A stretch of DNA of 64,000 bases from Antedon mediterranea. Lineage: Eukaryota; Animalia; Echinodermata. Positions within the stretch are counted from its first letter, which is position 1, and every line of letters begins with the position of its first letter. The notes beneath the pieces were generated by a model that saw only the letters and a program-made list of their open reading frames with translations, made no database searches and was not told the DNA's origin. The DNA is taken from positions 37,334,304 to 37,398,303 of the forward strand of contig NC_092671.1 of assembly GCF_964355755.1 (NCBI RefSeq), given 5' to 3'. The position numbers were made by a program, and so were the translations under genes. Below are positions 52,272 through 63,178 of this stretch, piece after piece.

Positions 52272-55200
52272 ATGACGGAGACGACTGATCCCCACAGCAC
52301 AGAGGGACAACAGAGTGACCCAAACAAGCAAGTCTTCCCTTTGATTTCAAACACAGGTATCCAACTTTATCCCATCTCACAGCAGCAGGGTCTTGATGAG
52401 AAATATGTTGGGGTTGAGTTACCGAAAATTGGTGAACGAACAGTGAAGAATTATGAGCCGAAGGAAAACAATGCATTGATACCCTCACTTCCAAAGGTTG
52501 GTTTATAAAATTTAATAATGCTAGTGGTTGTTGCAATTGCCTATTTAAAAAAAAAAATGTCAATTTAAAATTAAATATACAGTCGACTCTCCCAATGCCG
52601 GACTATCTGAAAACTGGAAACTGAGTCACAATGCCAGACTTTTTTTTTTAGGTCCAAATGTCTCATTCATTCTCAATTCATTTTTACCATTAGAAACACA
52701 TTCTGAATACCAGACTTTCTGGAAAACCAGATATATTAGGCCAGTCCAAAGGTGTCCGGTATTGGTAGAGTCGACTGTAAATTGTTTACTTTATAATTGT
52801 TTGCTGATAAAATAATGATGAAATTTGTATTAATTTGTTCAGGTACCATCAAATAGAAAAAATACTTCACAGAGAGGCCAAAGAGAACACTTTTCACTTT
52901 TAGAAAAAACTCATGTTCCAGCAGACAGCATGCCATACCAAGTTTGCAATTTCAGGTTAAATTTATTTTTTTTATTAGAAAAAGTAATTAAAAACAACAT
53001 TGAAACTTGTAAAATCTCAAAGATCAGTTTAAAGTATTTACAAGAAAATGGAAACATAAATTAATTTTACAGATCGAGTTCTAAGATACAAATGGTACCG
53101 TTGTCGAAGCGCCATCGCGACATGTTTACAAATTTGAAGTCGGCGACAGTTGTTTTGAAAAAAAAGCAGGTTCCAGTTCATAGCAGACGATTCCTATGGG
53201 AAGAAGGTGTACATGAGAGAAAGCAAAGTCCAGCCAAGTGCTTATCGTAAGATTTCATTCTATTCCCAATCATTATATCAACCTTTTTCCATGATTAATT
53301 TTCCTAGCCAATTGATAGAAAATTTAAATAGTACTCTTTAGTAAAGGCAAGTGTTATCTACTGGAAAAAATAAAGCATCTGCAGTGCAGTGCTCTTTTTG
53401 GTAGTTTTGTTTTATTAAGCTATGTCTACACTATCAAACTTTATGTGAAAAAAATGTGATATGCCCATATATGGACATGATGATGTCATATCACTACCAT
53501 ATTTAGGCACTTAACACTTTTTTGTCAAAGTAGTTTGATAGTGTAGACAGAGCTTTACACAGAATAAGTTCAGTTTTGTTTTTATACTGTACATTTTTTT
53601 AAATAAACAAATTAGGTCCAAGACACTTCCTGAAAAGTTTGAAGATTGTGAAGAACAGCTTAATCAATTCAGGGACGAAAAACGAAAGCTTGAACCGTAC
53701 CATCGAAAAAAGCGTAATGAGCTCTGCATAGGGGGCGACACCATTCTCATATGTGAAAGGTAAAACAATCATTGTATAAAGCTCTGTCTACACTATCAAA
53801 CTAGTTTGACAAAAAATGTGTGATATGCGTGAATATGGTAGTGATATGACATCATCGTGTCCATATAATATGGGCACATCACATTTTTTGGCGTCACATA
53901 AAGTTTGATGATGTAGACAGAGCTTAAAGTAATACAGTATAATTTATTCGAAGTGTATTTGTTTAGATTTAGATAAAAAGAGATAAGGCATACAATATAA
54001 AAATTTCTTTTTTCAGAGACAATTATATTTCAGATTTAAATAAACTTCGTAATTTACCTCTGCCAATGCACTCTCAAGAATTGCTGACAGGCAAAGGAAT
54101 CAACCTACCCTCGTAAGTATAAAACTAATTCTGAGGTTTGACATTGTTTTTTCTATACCGAATACCTCAAATGCTTCTTTGTCCATTATCATAATAAAAT
54201 AACAATTTCATTTCATTTATTCGTGTCAAAACAATAAACAAAACAATAAAATACAGAAGCATAATCATAATAAATAACAGCCAGAACATAAAACAGGGCA
54301 CCCCAAAAGTGAATTAATCACTGTCAGGTGGGTACTCTTAACACTGTCAGGTGGGTACTCTTAACACTGTCAGGTGGGTACTCTTAACACTGTCAGGTGG
54401 GTACTCTTAACACTGCCAGGTGGGTACTCTTAACACTGTCAGGTGGGTACTCTTAACACTGTCAGGTGGGTACTCTTAACACTGTCAGGTGGGTACTCTT
54501 AACACTGTCAGGTGGGTACTCTTAACACTGCCAGGTGGGTACTCTTAACACTGTCAGGTGGGTAACTCTTAACACTGTCAGGTGGGTACTCTTAACACTG
54601 TCAGGTGGGTACTCTTAACACTGTCAGGTGGGTACTCTTAACACTGTCAGGTGGGTACTCTTAACACTGTCAGGTGGGTACTCTTAACACTGCCAGGTGG
54701 GTACTCTTAACACTGCCAGGTGGGTACTCTTAACACTGTCAGGTGGGTACTCTTAACACTGTCAGGTAGGTACTCTTAACACTGTCAGGTGGGTACTCTT
54801 AACACTGTCAGGTGGGTACTCTTAACACTGTCAGGTAGGTACTCTTAACACTGTCAGGTGGGTACTCTTAACACTGTCAGGTGGGTACTCTTAACACTGT
54901 CAGGTGGGTACTCTTAACACTGTCAGGTGGGTACTCTTAACACTGTCAGGTGGGTACTCTTAACACTGTCAGGTGGTTACTCTTAACACTTTCAGGTGGG
55001 TACTCTTAACACTGTCAGGTGGGTACTCTTAACACTGTCAGGTGGGGACATTTACATTACAATAGAAACAATAGAATAGAACAATATAAATTCTTCTTGA
55101 AGATTGGCAAATATTAGTAGGATAAAAAACAGATAAATATAAAATACAAAACAAAAATATATACAGAGTAACACACACATTATTTCACAAAACATAAGTT

Positions 55201-58200
55201 TTAAACTGCAGTGACAACTTGGAAGTTAAAATACAATAAAAATGCATAAAATGCTTACAAGTTTGGTTAGAAAAAAATGTTTTTTGTTGTTATTTTTTTT
55301 TTTTTGGTTTATTATTTATTCACGGAGGAATAACTCTGTTTGATTTGATTTATTTTAGCAATCATTCTTGTCATCGTAAGCGTGAACAATGGGAGGCGCT
55401 GTTAGAGAACGAATGCAAAGCAATCGCTTACTCAGCACCGCCAAAAACCTCAAATAAGCCAGAAGTAAATACAGTAAGTTCATCTGATGAAAAGAAAAAA
55501 AACCAGCAACAGCCAGCTGTAAAAGTTCGTCGAACTTCTTCCAGAAGAAATATCTGTAAACCAAGTGCGACTAAGGATACAAAAATGGTTGTTGGGAAAG
55601 TTGTACTTAATAAGGAAAAGAAAGACATTAAACAGAAAAAGGATTGTAACCAAGCTAATGTTGCTGTATTGCCGATATCTGCAGGGTTTGTTTTCATTTA
55701 CTTACAAAGCACTATAATGAGAATTTTTTAGAAACACCCTAAACCTAAAATAGTACCTACAACCTAATTGTAATGTTTTTTGTGTCTGTATTTTTATGCT
55801 GATTAAACAGGCTATGAATTATGAATGTCATATTATGTTTCATGCAGTATCTTCCTGGTTTAATTTTGACAACACATTTAATGGTGTATGGAGCAAATGC
55901 CATACAATATATACTGTACATTTGTTTTTATAGGGATGAGGGATTTTTAGAAGATGAGCACAACATGGAGACAGATGAGACTAAACAAGAAGATCAACTA
56001 AGTGTGTTGCCTACAGAACAACAAAGGTAGGTTATGTACTGTGATATATCGAAATAACGGCTGTAACATAAAGTCTAGTAATAAAACACATTCATCATGG
56101 CGCATAACCACGAGTGTCCGTGTGATTGATTCTGCACGATAAAAACCGTTGTCTTCATCATAACCCACAAACATAACATTGGCGACTAGGATAGGATTAA
56201 AATTTTAACGTTGATGATACAATATGGATGTATTTAGTAACCAAATAAAGGCTTTTAATCCGGATGAAGACCAAAGAAATACGGGGTCCAGATGGACAAA
56301 ATGGACACGCCGAATAGAAACGTACTTCACGGCGAAAAACATCAATGTAGACGCCCGGAAGAAGGCGCAGCTATTGCTACTTGCAGGGAGTAAGGTATAC
56401 GATATCTATGATACTTTAGCCGAAGATAATGATACGTATGATGATTTGATTAGAAAACTAAATGGGTATTTTCACCCACTACAAGATTCAGCTTTATCAG
56501 TATACACGTTTCGTGAGTTAAAACAGGGAGTACATGAGACCGTTGATCAATTTGTAACACGGCTAAAAATCGAAGGCGAACACTGCCAGTTTAATAATCT
56601 AGATAACGAAATACGTGCTCAAATACTACAGAAAACAAGCAACAAAAAGCTAAGGAGAGAAATATTTAAACACCCAGCATGGACATTGGCAGAGGTATTA
56701 AATGAAGCGAGATCTCTAGAAACAGCAAAATTACGAGCGGAGAGCATTGAAAATCCTAAACCCAATTTCGATGATGGCGGTACTGAACAATCAGGTGAGA
56801 TAAATAAAGTAAAGAGAAGCTCTAACCCACCTAACACTAAATGTAGAAATTGCAAGGGTTGGTTCCCTCACAGTGGACAGTGTCCAGCAAGCGATAAAAA
56901 ATGCTATAATTGCAGTAAAATTGGCCATTTTGCAAGTTGTTGTCGCAATACACAGCAGCACGCATCACATTATCAGCAGAGAGGAGGACGCGGTACACGA
57001 GGACGCGGTGCACGCGGAGGACGCGGAAATAGTGCTTCACGTCGCGCGCGTGGTCACCGAGTCAACCAAACTCAAAGACAACAACACGATTATTACGAGG
57101 ACGATGAGGAACATGATATGTTTATGTGTACTAATGATGATAGATTACATAGAGATAAGTTTAGAATTGTATTAAATGTAAATGGTAGTGAGTTACAAAT
57201 GTACATAGATACACAAGCTGATGACACAATAATGAGTATCGATACTTACAATAAGTATTTTAGTAATATTCCAATCACTAATGATGATATCATACCACTC
57301 AAAACTTATAGTGGTGAGAGATTAAAGATACTTGGTAAAGTAAAGTGTAATGTTATTGATTGTGATGGTAATGCACACAACTTAACTGCTAATGTGGTTG
57401 ATTACAGTAATAGACCTACACTACTAGGACTAGATTGGCTTGCTGTTGTAAAGTTAAATTGGAAAGAGATCACGAAAGGGTTAAACTCTAAAACTGTAAA
57501 TAGTTGTAAGCAAGACAAGAATGTAGAACAACATAACACATCTGTAAATAAGGGTAAAAATGACGTTATGACGTTGAACGGTTTACTGAACAAATATGGT
57601 AAATTATTTGAAGATTCGTATGAGGGCATGAAACATGAACTTGCTCACATTAATGTTAAAGAAAATGTTACCCCTGTGTATGTTAAAGCAAGATTTGTCC
57701 CCTATGCCAACAAATGTAAAGTTGAAGATGAGCTTAAGAAATTGGAGGAAAATAGTGTTATACACAAAGTAGATAAGAGTGATTGGGCAACACCAATCGT
57801 AGTTGTTCCAAAAAGCGATGGCACAGTTAGAATTTGTGGCGATTATAGTGTAACGATCAATAAGTTTATTGATGATGAGGTATATAGCCTTCCAAGCTCA
57901 GATGATTTATATGCAGAGTTAGCAGGAAAATGTATTTTTACTAAATTAGATTTATCCCATGCATATGCTCAACTAAATCTAGATGATGAGAGTCAAAAAT
58001 ATGTTACAATTAACACCCATAAAGGTCTTTACTCATACAACAAACTACCATACGGTGTAAAACCAGCCTCAAAAATATTCCAGGGTAAAATGGATAAGAT
58101 TTTGAATGGTATTAATAATGTATTATGTAATCAGGACGATGTGCTGATTAGTACAAAGACAGTCAAGGAAAACTTGGCAATAATCGAAGAAGTTTTTCGA

Positions 58201-61200
58201 CGATTTGACCACTATAATGTTCGTTTGAAGAGAGCGAAATGTAAATTCCTAGAAGATGAAGTAATATATCTTGGACTTAGAGTTGACAAACATGGAATCG
58301 CACCGATTGACGACAAAGTTAAACCAATCAAAGATGCAGCGAGACCAGAAACTGTTACACAGCTTCGATCATTTCTTGGCATGGTCCAATTTTATTCAAA
58401 ATTCATGCCAAATCTGTCTACGCGCATACAACCGTTGAACATGCTGCTTCGTGACGATGTCGAGTGGCAATGGAAAAATGAACAAGAACAAGCTTTTAAA
58501 TGGTGCAAAGAAAGCCTAAGCAGCGAATCATGTCTGACACACTACGATACCAAGCGAAAAATAATTCTTGAATGCGATGCTAGTCAGTATGGAATCGGAT
58601 CGGTAATAATGCATCAGATGGATGATGGATCGAGGTTACCCATACACTACGCTTCAAGAACATTAACCAAAAGTGAAATAAATTACAGCATGATAGAAAA
58701 AGAGGCACTTGCAATCATCTACGGCATCAAACGATTTTACAAATATCTTATGGGTAGAAAGTTTACCATCAAGACGGACCATAAACCACTTCTGAAAATC
58801 TTTGGTCCAACTACTGAAGTCCCAGTAATGGCTGCAGGACGTATCCAAAGATGGGCTCTCCTGTTAAACCAATACGATTATGATATACAGTATATTTCGT
58901 CAAACGAGAACGCGGTTGCAGATGCTTTATCGCGACTACCAATAAAGAGCGATGAATGCGACCTAGAGCAAAGCATATTTAACGTTACCGCGATTGAAGA
59001 CGACTTTCCGATAACAGCAAAAGACATTGAGAAAGAAACACTAAGAGACAATATATTATGTAAAGTACTTAACTATGTAAAACATGGATGGCCAAACGTT
59101 GACAATTTTGATGATGATATAAAACCATATGTAAACAGACAACTTGAGCTATCGTGTGAAGGCAATTGCTTACTTTGGGGCTCCAGGGTCATAATCCCTT
59201 CAAAACTACGTTCTAAAGTGCTTGATGAAATGCATTGGGAGCATCCCGGAATATGTGCGATGAAAGCCATTGCCAGATCATACGTATGGTGGCCCAAGTT
59301 GGACTGTGATATTGAAGTAGTAGTTAAGAGATGTAATACTTGTCAGAGTATGAGAAATGTCCCACCTAGCACCCCCTTAATACCTTGGAAATGGCCCAGT
59401 AGACCATTTCAGAGAGTACATATAGATTTTGCAGAAAAGAACGGCGACAATTTTTTGATTTTGATAGACAGTCATTCTAAATGGATTGACGTTAAGTACA
59501 TGAGAAGCACTACCAGTGCTAATACGATCGATGAGTTAAGATTAATTTTTGCCGAACATGGTATTCCTGAGGAATTGGTGTCCGATTCAGGTCCACAATT
59601 AATTTCTGATGAGTTTGAAAGATTTTGCAAACTTAATGGTATCAAACACACGCTAAGTCCCATTTATCACCCAGCTAGCAATGGTGCAGCTGAAAGGGCA
59701 GTACAGGTTGTCAAAAGTGCATTAACTAAACAGGTACTAGATGGCAAAAAGTACACTATGAAACATAGATTAGCTAATTTCCTATTAAGGTATAGGACGA
59801 CTCCACACTCCACTACAGGACTTACTCCTGCTGAGTTATTAATGAAACGTAAGTTACGTACACGACTATCTTTAGTTAGTCCAAACATGGCTCAAAGGGT
59901 TGAGGAAAAACAAAAGTCACAGAAAGTGCAAAGAGATAGTCATGTTAATCAAGAAAGACAATTTCATATCGATGATAATGTTTTAATTAAGAACATGCGA
60001 CCCAAATCCAAAGAAGAAAAATGGTTGAAGGGAGTCGTAACCCAATGTTTAGGACCTAGAAAGTATAAAATCCATACTTCACACGGTGTCAAAGTGATGC
60101 ACCCTGATCATATGATTGTTGATACAGGTAGTACACAATCTACTCAAAATGTTGAGAGGAGTGATGTGAATGTATTTAAAAGTCCTAATACTAAACCACA
60201 CAGAATTAAGAAAGCAAGAAGCAGGTTGATCGAAGAAGCATAATTTTATTAGAAGTTCAAATTAAAAATGTTGGTTATTGTTCGAAGTGTTTAACAAAGA
60301 AGAAAATGTTTGATTTTAAGTTTTATTATAGTTTTTAGACATATGCACTGTACGGTACTTTAGTTACAAAACATCACAATAGTATGTACAGGTACTGTAG
60401 TCATAGAAGATGCTACTTACATAAGAATACGAGAGGCATATGATTGTTATCGTTAGAATTTAGAGTGGAGTTTTATAATGTTTTGAAGTTTTGGTTTCGG
60501 TTTTTTTTAACAATTTAGTCTTTAATCATTAATCTGACATAACTCGTAAAATAATATACACTGTCTGTCATACTTAACTTATAGAAGGAAGTGATGTGAT
60601 ATATCGAAATAACGGCTGTAACATAAAGTCTAGTAATAAAACACATTCATCATGGCGCATAACCACGAGTGTCCGTGTGATTGATTCTGCACGATAAAAA
60701 CCGTTGTCTTCATCATAACCCACAAACATAACATGTACTTTATGTACTAGAGGGCTGTAGCCACCAGTATGGTTTCAACCTGTTTCAACCTGACCACTTT
60801 TTCACAGAGATTGTTCCCTTTTCTTGGGAAAACCGGACCACTTTATTTCTTGTGGCTACAGCACTTTACTACTCCGGATAACTCTTTGTTTAAAGAAGTT
60901 TGTGTGTTTGTCACATATATGCCATATTCTTGCACTTCAACTTTAATTTTAGGATGCTCCATGAACAAACAAAAAACTCCACTAAATCCTAAATGATTAA
61001 TCAGTTTTGAAGAACTTATTGGAAACAAATATTTTTATTGAACATTAAAATTAAATTAATACAGTCCTACAATTATATGTACACGTACTGCGCACACTTT
61101 AATCAAAATTTATCTCTTTACTTTTAAAGGCCAGATTCAGAAATGGACATTGAATACACAAGTTCAGACCAAGAAATCGTTAACCTTCGACCTCCACGTA

Positions 61201-62665
61201 TCTCAATACCGCTTAAGTCTGTCTCTCCTAACCTGCTGAAAGCAGCTGATCTAAGCCTATACCTTACAGATGACAGAAAACAAGAATTGATTGAACAATT
61301 CAACAAATTGGACTCAAACAAAGACGGGTATGTTTCATGGTGTATTTCACTTCTGCATGATTCTTCTCTGGTTAAGCTCTGTCTAACTATCAAACTTTAT
61401 GTGCCCATATATAGACAAGATGATGTCATATCACTACCATATTTAAGCATATCACTACCACATTTTGGCACATCACACTTTTTTTGTCAAAGTAGTTTGA
61501 TAGTGTAGACAGAGCTTTTCTACGCTTAAAAATAACTTTCATTCAGTCAGAACTGGAAAGCAATGCTGTCGCAATCTTTCATATTATTTTACTGTCATAC
61601 TTCAGGTTCAATTAAAATTTAAGCGCTCTAGCTACAGATAATCCTCCTCTGAACAAATGTTTAATTCGGTCTAAAAAGATCAACTCTTTTAATTATTTTC
61701 AGACATATTACTTTCAATGAATTGAAAACGTCAATGTCAAAAACATTAACTAAATACCAGGAACGGTTTATCAAAGAGGTGAGTCTGTCTGCCTGTCACT
61801 TTAATACTACTGCTTGCTACCTTTAAGAATAAAATAGAGATTTATATCTAAGTAAAGAAAAATAATTGAAAATACAAAACTGATATGAAATATTTCATTG
61901 ACTTCCATAGGTTTATGATATAATAAGTTCAAGTACATTCTTTGGGCTTGAGGAGTTCATTAGTGTCACGTGTCTCTGCCAAAATATCAGTGAGCTAGGT
62001 GGTCAGTTGAGGGACGCATTTGAGGACTGTAATACAACGTTGGAACAATCCATTACACATTTCGTGGTAAGAGAACAATATGCCTATTCTTATCTTGCTT
62101 TTCAAAAATTGAATGCATGCTCCCCCTGCTTTTTTTTGACAGCAATGAAATTATAAACTACTTTTTTAATCTAATTTTTGACGGACTATTACAGTAATAT
62201 TATAAGTTAGCTCTCATTTGTTTGGAAAATCCTTGATTGATCCAGGGATTTGTTGCTAAATCTGAATCAACAAAATTTATTTTAATTTCAGATGTTGTTC
62301 GCCAATGTGGATAGACAGCAGACAGGTTCTGTTTCAACTGATTCACTCAAAGAGATACTCTCCATGGCTTTGAACAGAGATATTACAAGCATACCATTTG
62401 AAATGATGTTAAAAACAATCACTGTAAGTCAATTTGAATTTGAAATAATATCAGGATTTTTAAGATCCATTAATGGTAAAAACAAAAGACCACAAATCTG
62501 GAAAGAGGGAAAAAAGTCACCCAATTTAGAACTCTTCAGCCATATAAAACCTTTTTGTTTGAATTTTTCAATATTTTTTTTTTGTTCTTTCAGAAAAATC
62601 ACTCGGCAACAATCAACAAAGTGGAATTCCTTTCCTACATTCCATATTTTCTGACATTTAAATGA
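52272..62665 (+). CDS. Uncharacterised EF-hand calcium-binding domain protein (12 coding exons, ~601 aa)
   Basis: Exons 52272-52496, 52843-52955, 53073-53246, 53616-53759, 54017-54112, 55359-55685, 55934-56026, 61130-61327, 61703-61778, 61911-62066, 62292-62423 and 62594-62665 join in one open frame with GT-AG sites (1806 nt). A spliced EF-loop FNKLDSNKDGHITFNEL is present, plus degenerate loops DRQQTGSVSTDS and KNHSATINKVEF. Confidence 0.82.
52580..52777. mobile_element. Tc1/mariner (pogo-like) MITE
   Basis: TA|cagtcgactctcccaatgccggac ... gtccggtattggtagagtcgactg|TA. Confidence 0.8.
54319..55046. repeat. 23-bp minisatellite (~31 units)
   Basis: Unit cactgtcaggtgggtactcttaa, nearly homogeneous. 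Confidence 0.96.
56040..60733 (+). mobile_element. Full-length Ty3/Gypsy (Mag-clade-like) LTR retrotransposon
   Basis: Identical 139-bp TG...CA LTRs (56040-56178 and 60595-60733), 5-bp TSD TGTAC, PBS tggcgac at 56180, PPT agaaggaagtga before the 3' LTR, and a single gag-pol ORF. Confidence 0.97.
56224..60243 (+). CDS. Gag-Pol polyprotein (Gag with two zinc knuckles, protease, RT, RNase H, integrase), 1339 aa
   Basis: CRNCKGWFPHSGQC and CYNCSKIGHFASC knuckles; protease IDTQAD; RT WATPIVVVPK..VRICGDY, LPYG and QDD; RNase H CDASQYG, EKEALA and TDHKPL; integrase HWEHPG..CNTC, RVHIDF, SDSG and SNGAAER. Confidence 0.97.
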   Translation: MDVFSNQIKAFNPDEDQRNTGSRWTKWTRRIETYFTAKNINVDARKKAQLLLLAGSKVYDIYDTLAEDNDTYDDLIRKLNGYFHPLQDSALSVYTFRELKQGVHETVDQFVTRLKIEGEHCQFNNLDNEIRAQILQKTSNKKLRREIFKHPAWTLAEVLNEARSLETAKLRAESIENPKPNFDDGGTEQSGEINKVKRSSNPPNTKCRNCKGWFPHSGQCPASDKKCYNCSKIGHFASCCRNTQQHASHYQQRGGRGTRGRGARGGRGNSASRRARGHRVNQTQRQQHDYYEDDEEHDMFMCTNDDRLHRDKFRIVLNVNGSELQMYIDTQADDTIMSIDTYNKYFSNIPITNDDIIPLKTYSGERLKILGKVKCNVIDCDGNAHNLTANVVDYSNRPTLLGLDWLAVVKLNWKEITKGLNSKTVNSCKQDKNVEQHNTSVNKGKNDVMTLNGLLNKYGKLFEDSYEGMKHELAHINVKENVTPVYVKARFVPYANKCKVEDELKKLEENSVIHKVDKSDWATPIVVVPKSDGTVRICGDYSVTINKFIDDEVYSLPSSDDLYAELAGKCIFTKLDLSHAYAQLNLDDESQKYVTINTHKGLYSYNKLPYGVKPASKIFQGKMDKILNGINNVLCNQDDVLISTKTVKENLAIIEEVFRRFDHYNVRLKRAKCKFLEDEVIYLGLRVDKHGIAPIDDKVKPIKDAARPETVTQLRSFLGMVQFYSKFMPNLSTRIQPLNMLLRDDVEWQWKNEQEQAFKWCKESLSSESCLTHYDTKRKIILECDASQYGIGSVIMHQMDDGSRLPIHYASRTLTKSEINYSMIEKEALAIIYGIKRFYKYLMGRKFTIKTDHKPLLKIFGPTTEVPVMAAGRIQRWALLLNQYDYDIQYISSNENAVADALSRLPIKSDECDLEQSIFNVTAIEDDFPITAKDIEKETLRDNILCKVLNYVKHGWPNVDNFDDDIKPYVNRQLELSCEGNCLLWGSRVIIPSKLRSKVLDEMHWEHPGICAMKAIARSYVWWPKLDCDIEVVVKRCNTCQSMRNVPPSTPLIPWKWPSRPFQRVHIDFAEKNGDNFLILIDSHSKWIDVKYMRSTTSANTIDELRLIFAEHGIPEELVSDSGPQLISDEFERFCKLNGIKHTLSPIYHPASNGAAERAVQVVKSALTKQVLDGKKYTMKHRLANFLLRYRTTPHSTTGLTPAELLMKRKLRTRLSLVSPNMAQRVEEKQKSQKVQRDSHVNQERQFHIDDNVLIKNMRPKSKEEKWLKGVVTQCLGPRKYKIHTSHGVKVMHPDHMIVDTGSTQSTQNVERSDVNVFKSPNTKPHRIKKARSRLIEEA

Positions 62666-62904
62666 GTCGGATTAAAATTTATTAACCAAACTTTTTCAGA
62701 AATCTACCTCATTCAATGTATTCATTTATACTAGTTGAAAGTATATCTGCATTTCCTACAGTTTAAGTTCAATGTACAAGAAAAAGGGTTTTTATTTATT
62801 TCATAGTCCGTTGGGCTAGTTAATGCTGCAGATTTATTTGTTAATGTGCAAGCCCGAAAATTACAAACATACAGCTTAAGAATTGGCATTCATGGTTATT
62901 ATTT

Positions 62905-63178
62905 CCGTATATCCTCTGGTATAATCCCACTTCTGGTCTATAATCCCACCCCCTACTTTATGTCTGATTTCACAAACAGGCACATTTCCTCGGGTATAGT
63001 CCCAGTATTGATGTTTGGTCTGGATGTTGGCCTCTCTTTCCTTCAGATGAATTTTTACAAGAAGTGTTTACAAATATCTTTTTATCCTGAACCAGGGTTT
63101 CCCTGGGTATATCCCACCCCCAAAAGTCAGGCCAATTTCTTGTTCTAGCAGTGTGGGATTATACCAGAGGATATACGG
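62905..63178. mobile_element. Tc1/mariner (Tigger-like) MITE
   Basis: TIR ccgtatatcctctggtataatcccac / gtgggattataccagaggatatacgg|TA. Confidence 0.75.

Noticed and set aside
54319-55046. 23-bp repeats as CRISPR or telomeric repeats
   Set aside because: Contiguous tandem units with no spacers, in an intron, and not a telomere motif.
56619-59888. Small antisense/alternate-frame ORFs inside gag-pol
   Set aside because: Shadow ORFs of the long coding frame with no independent motifs.
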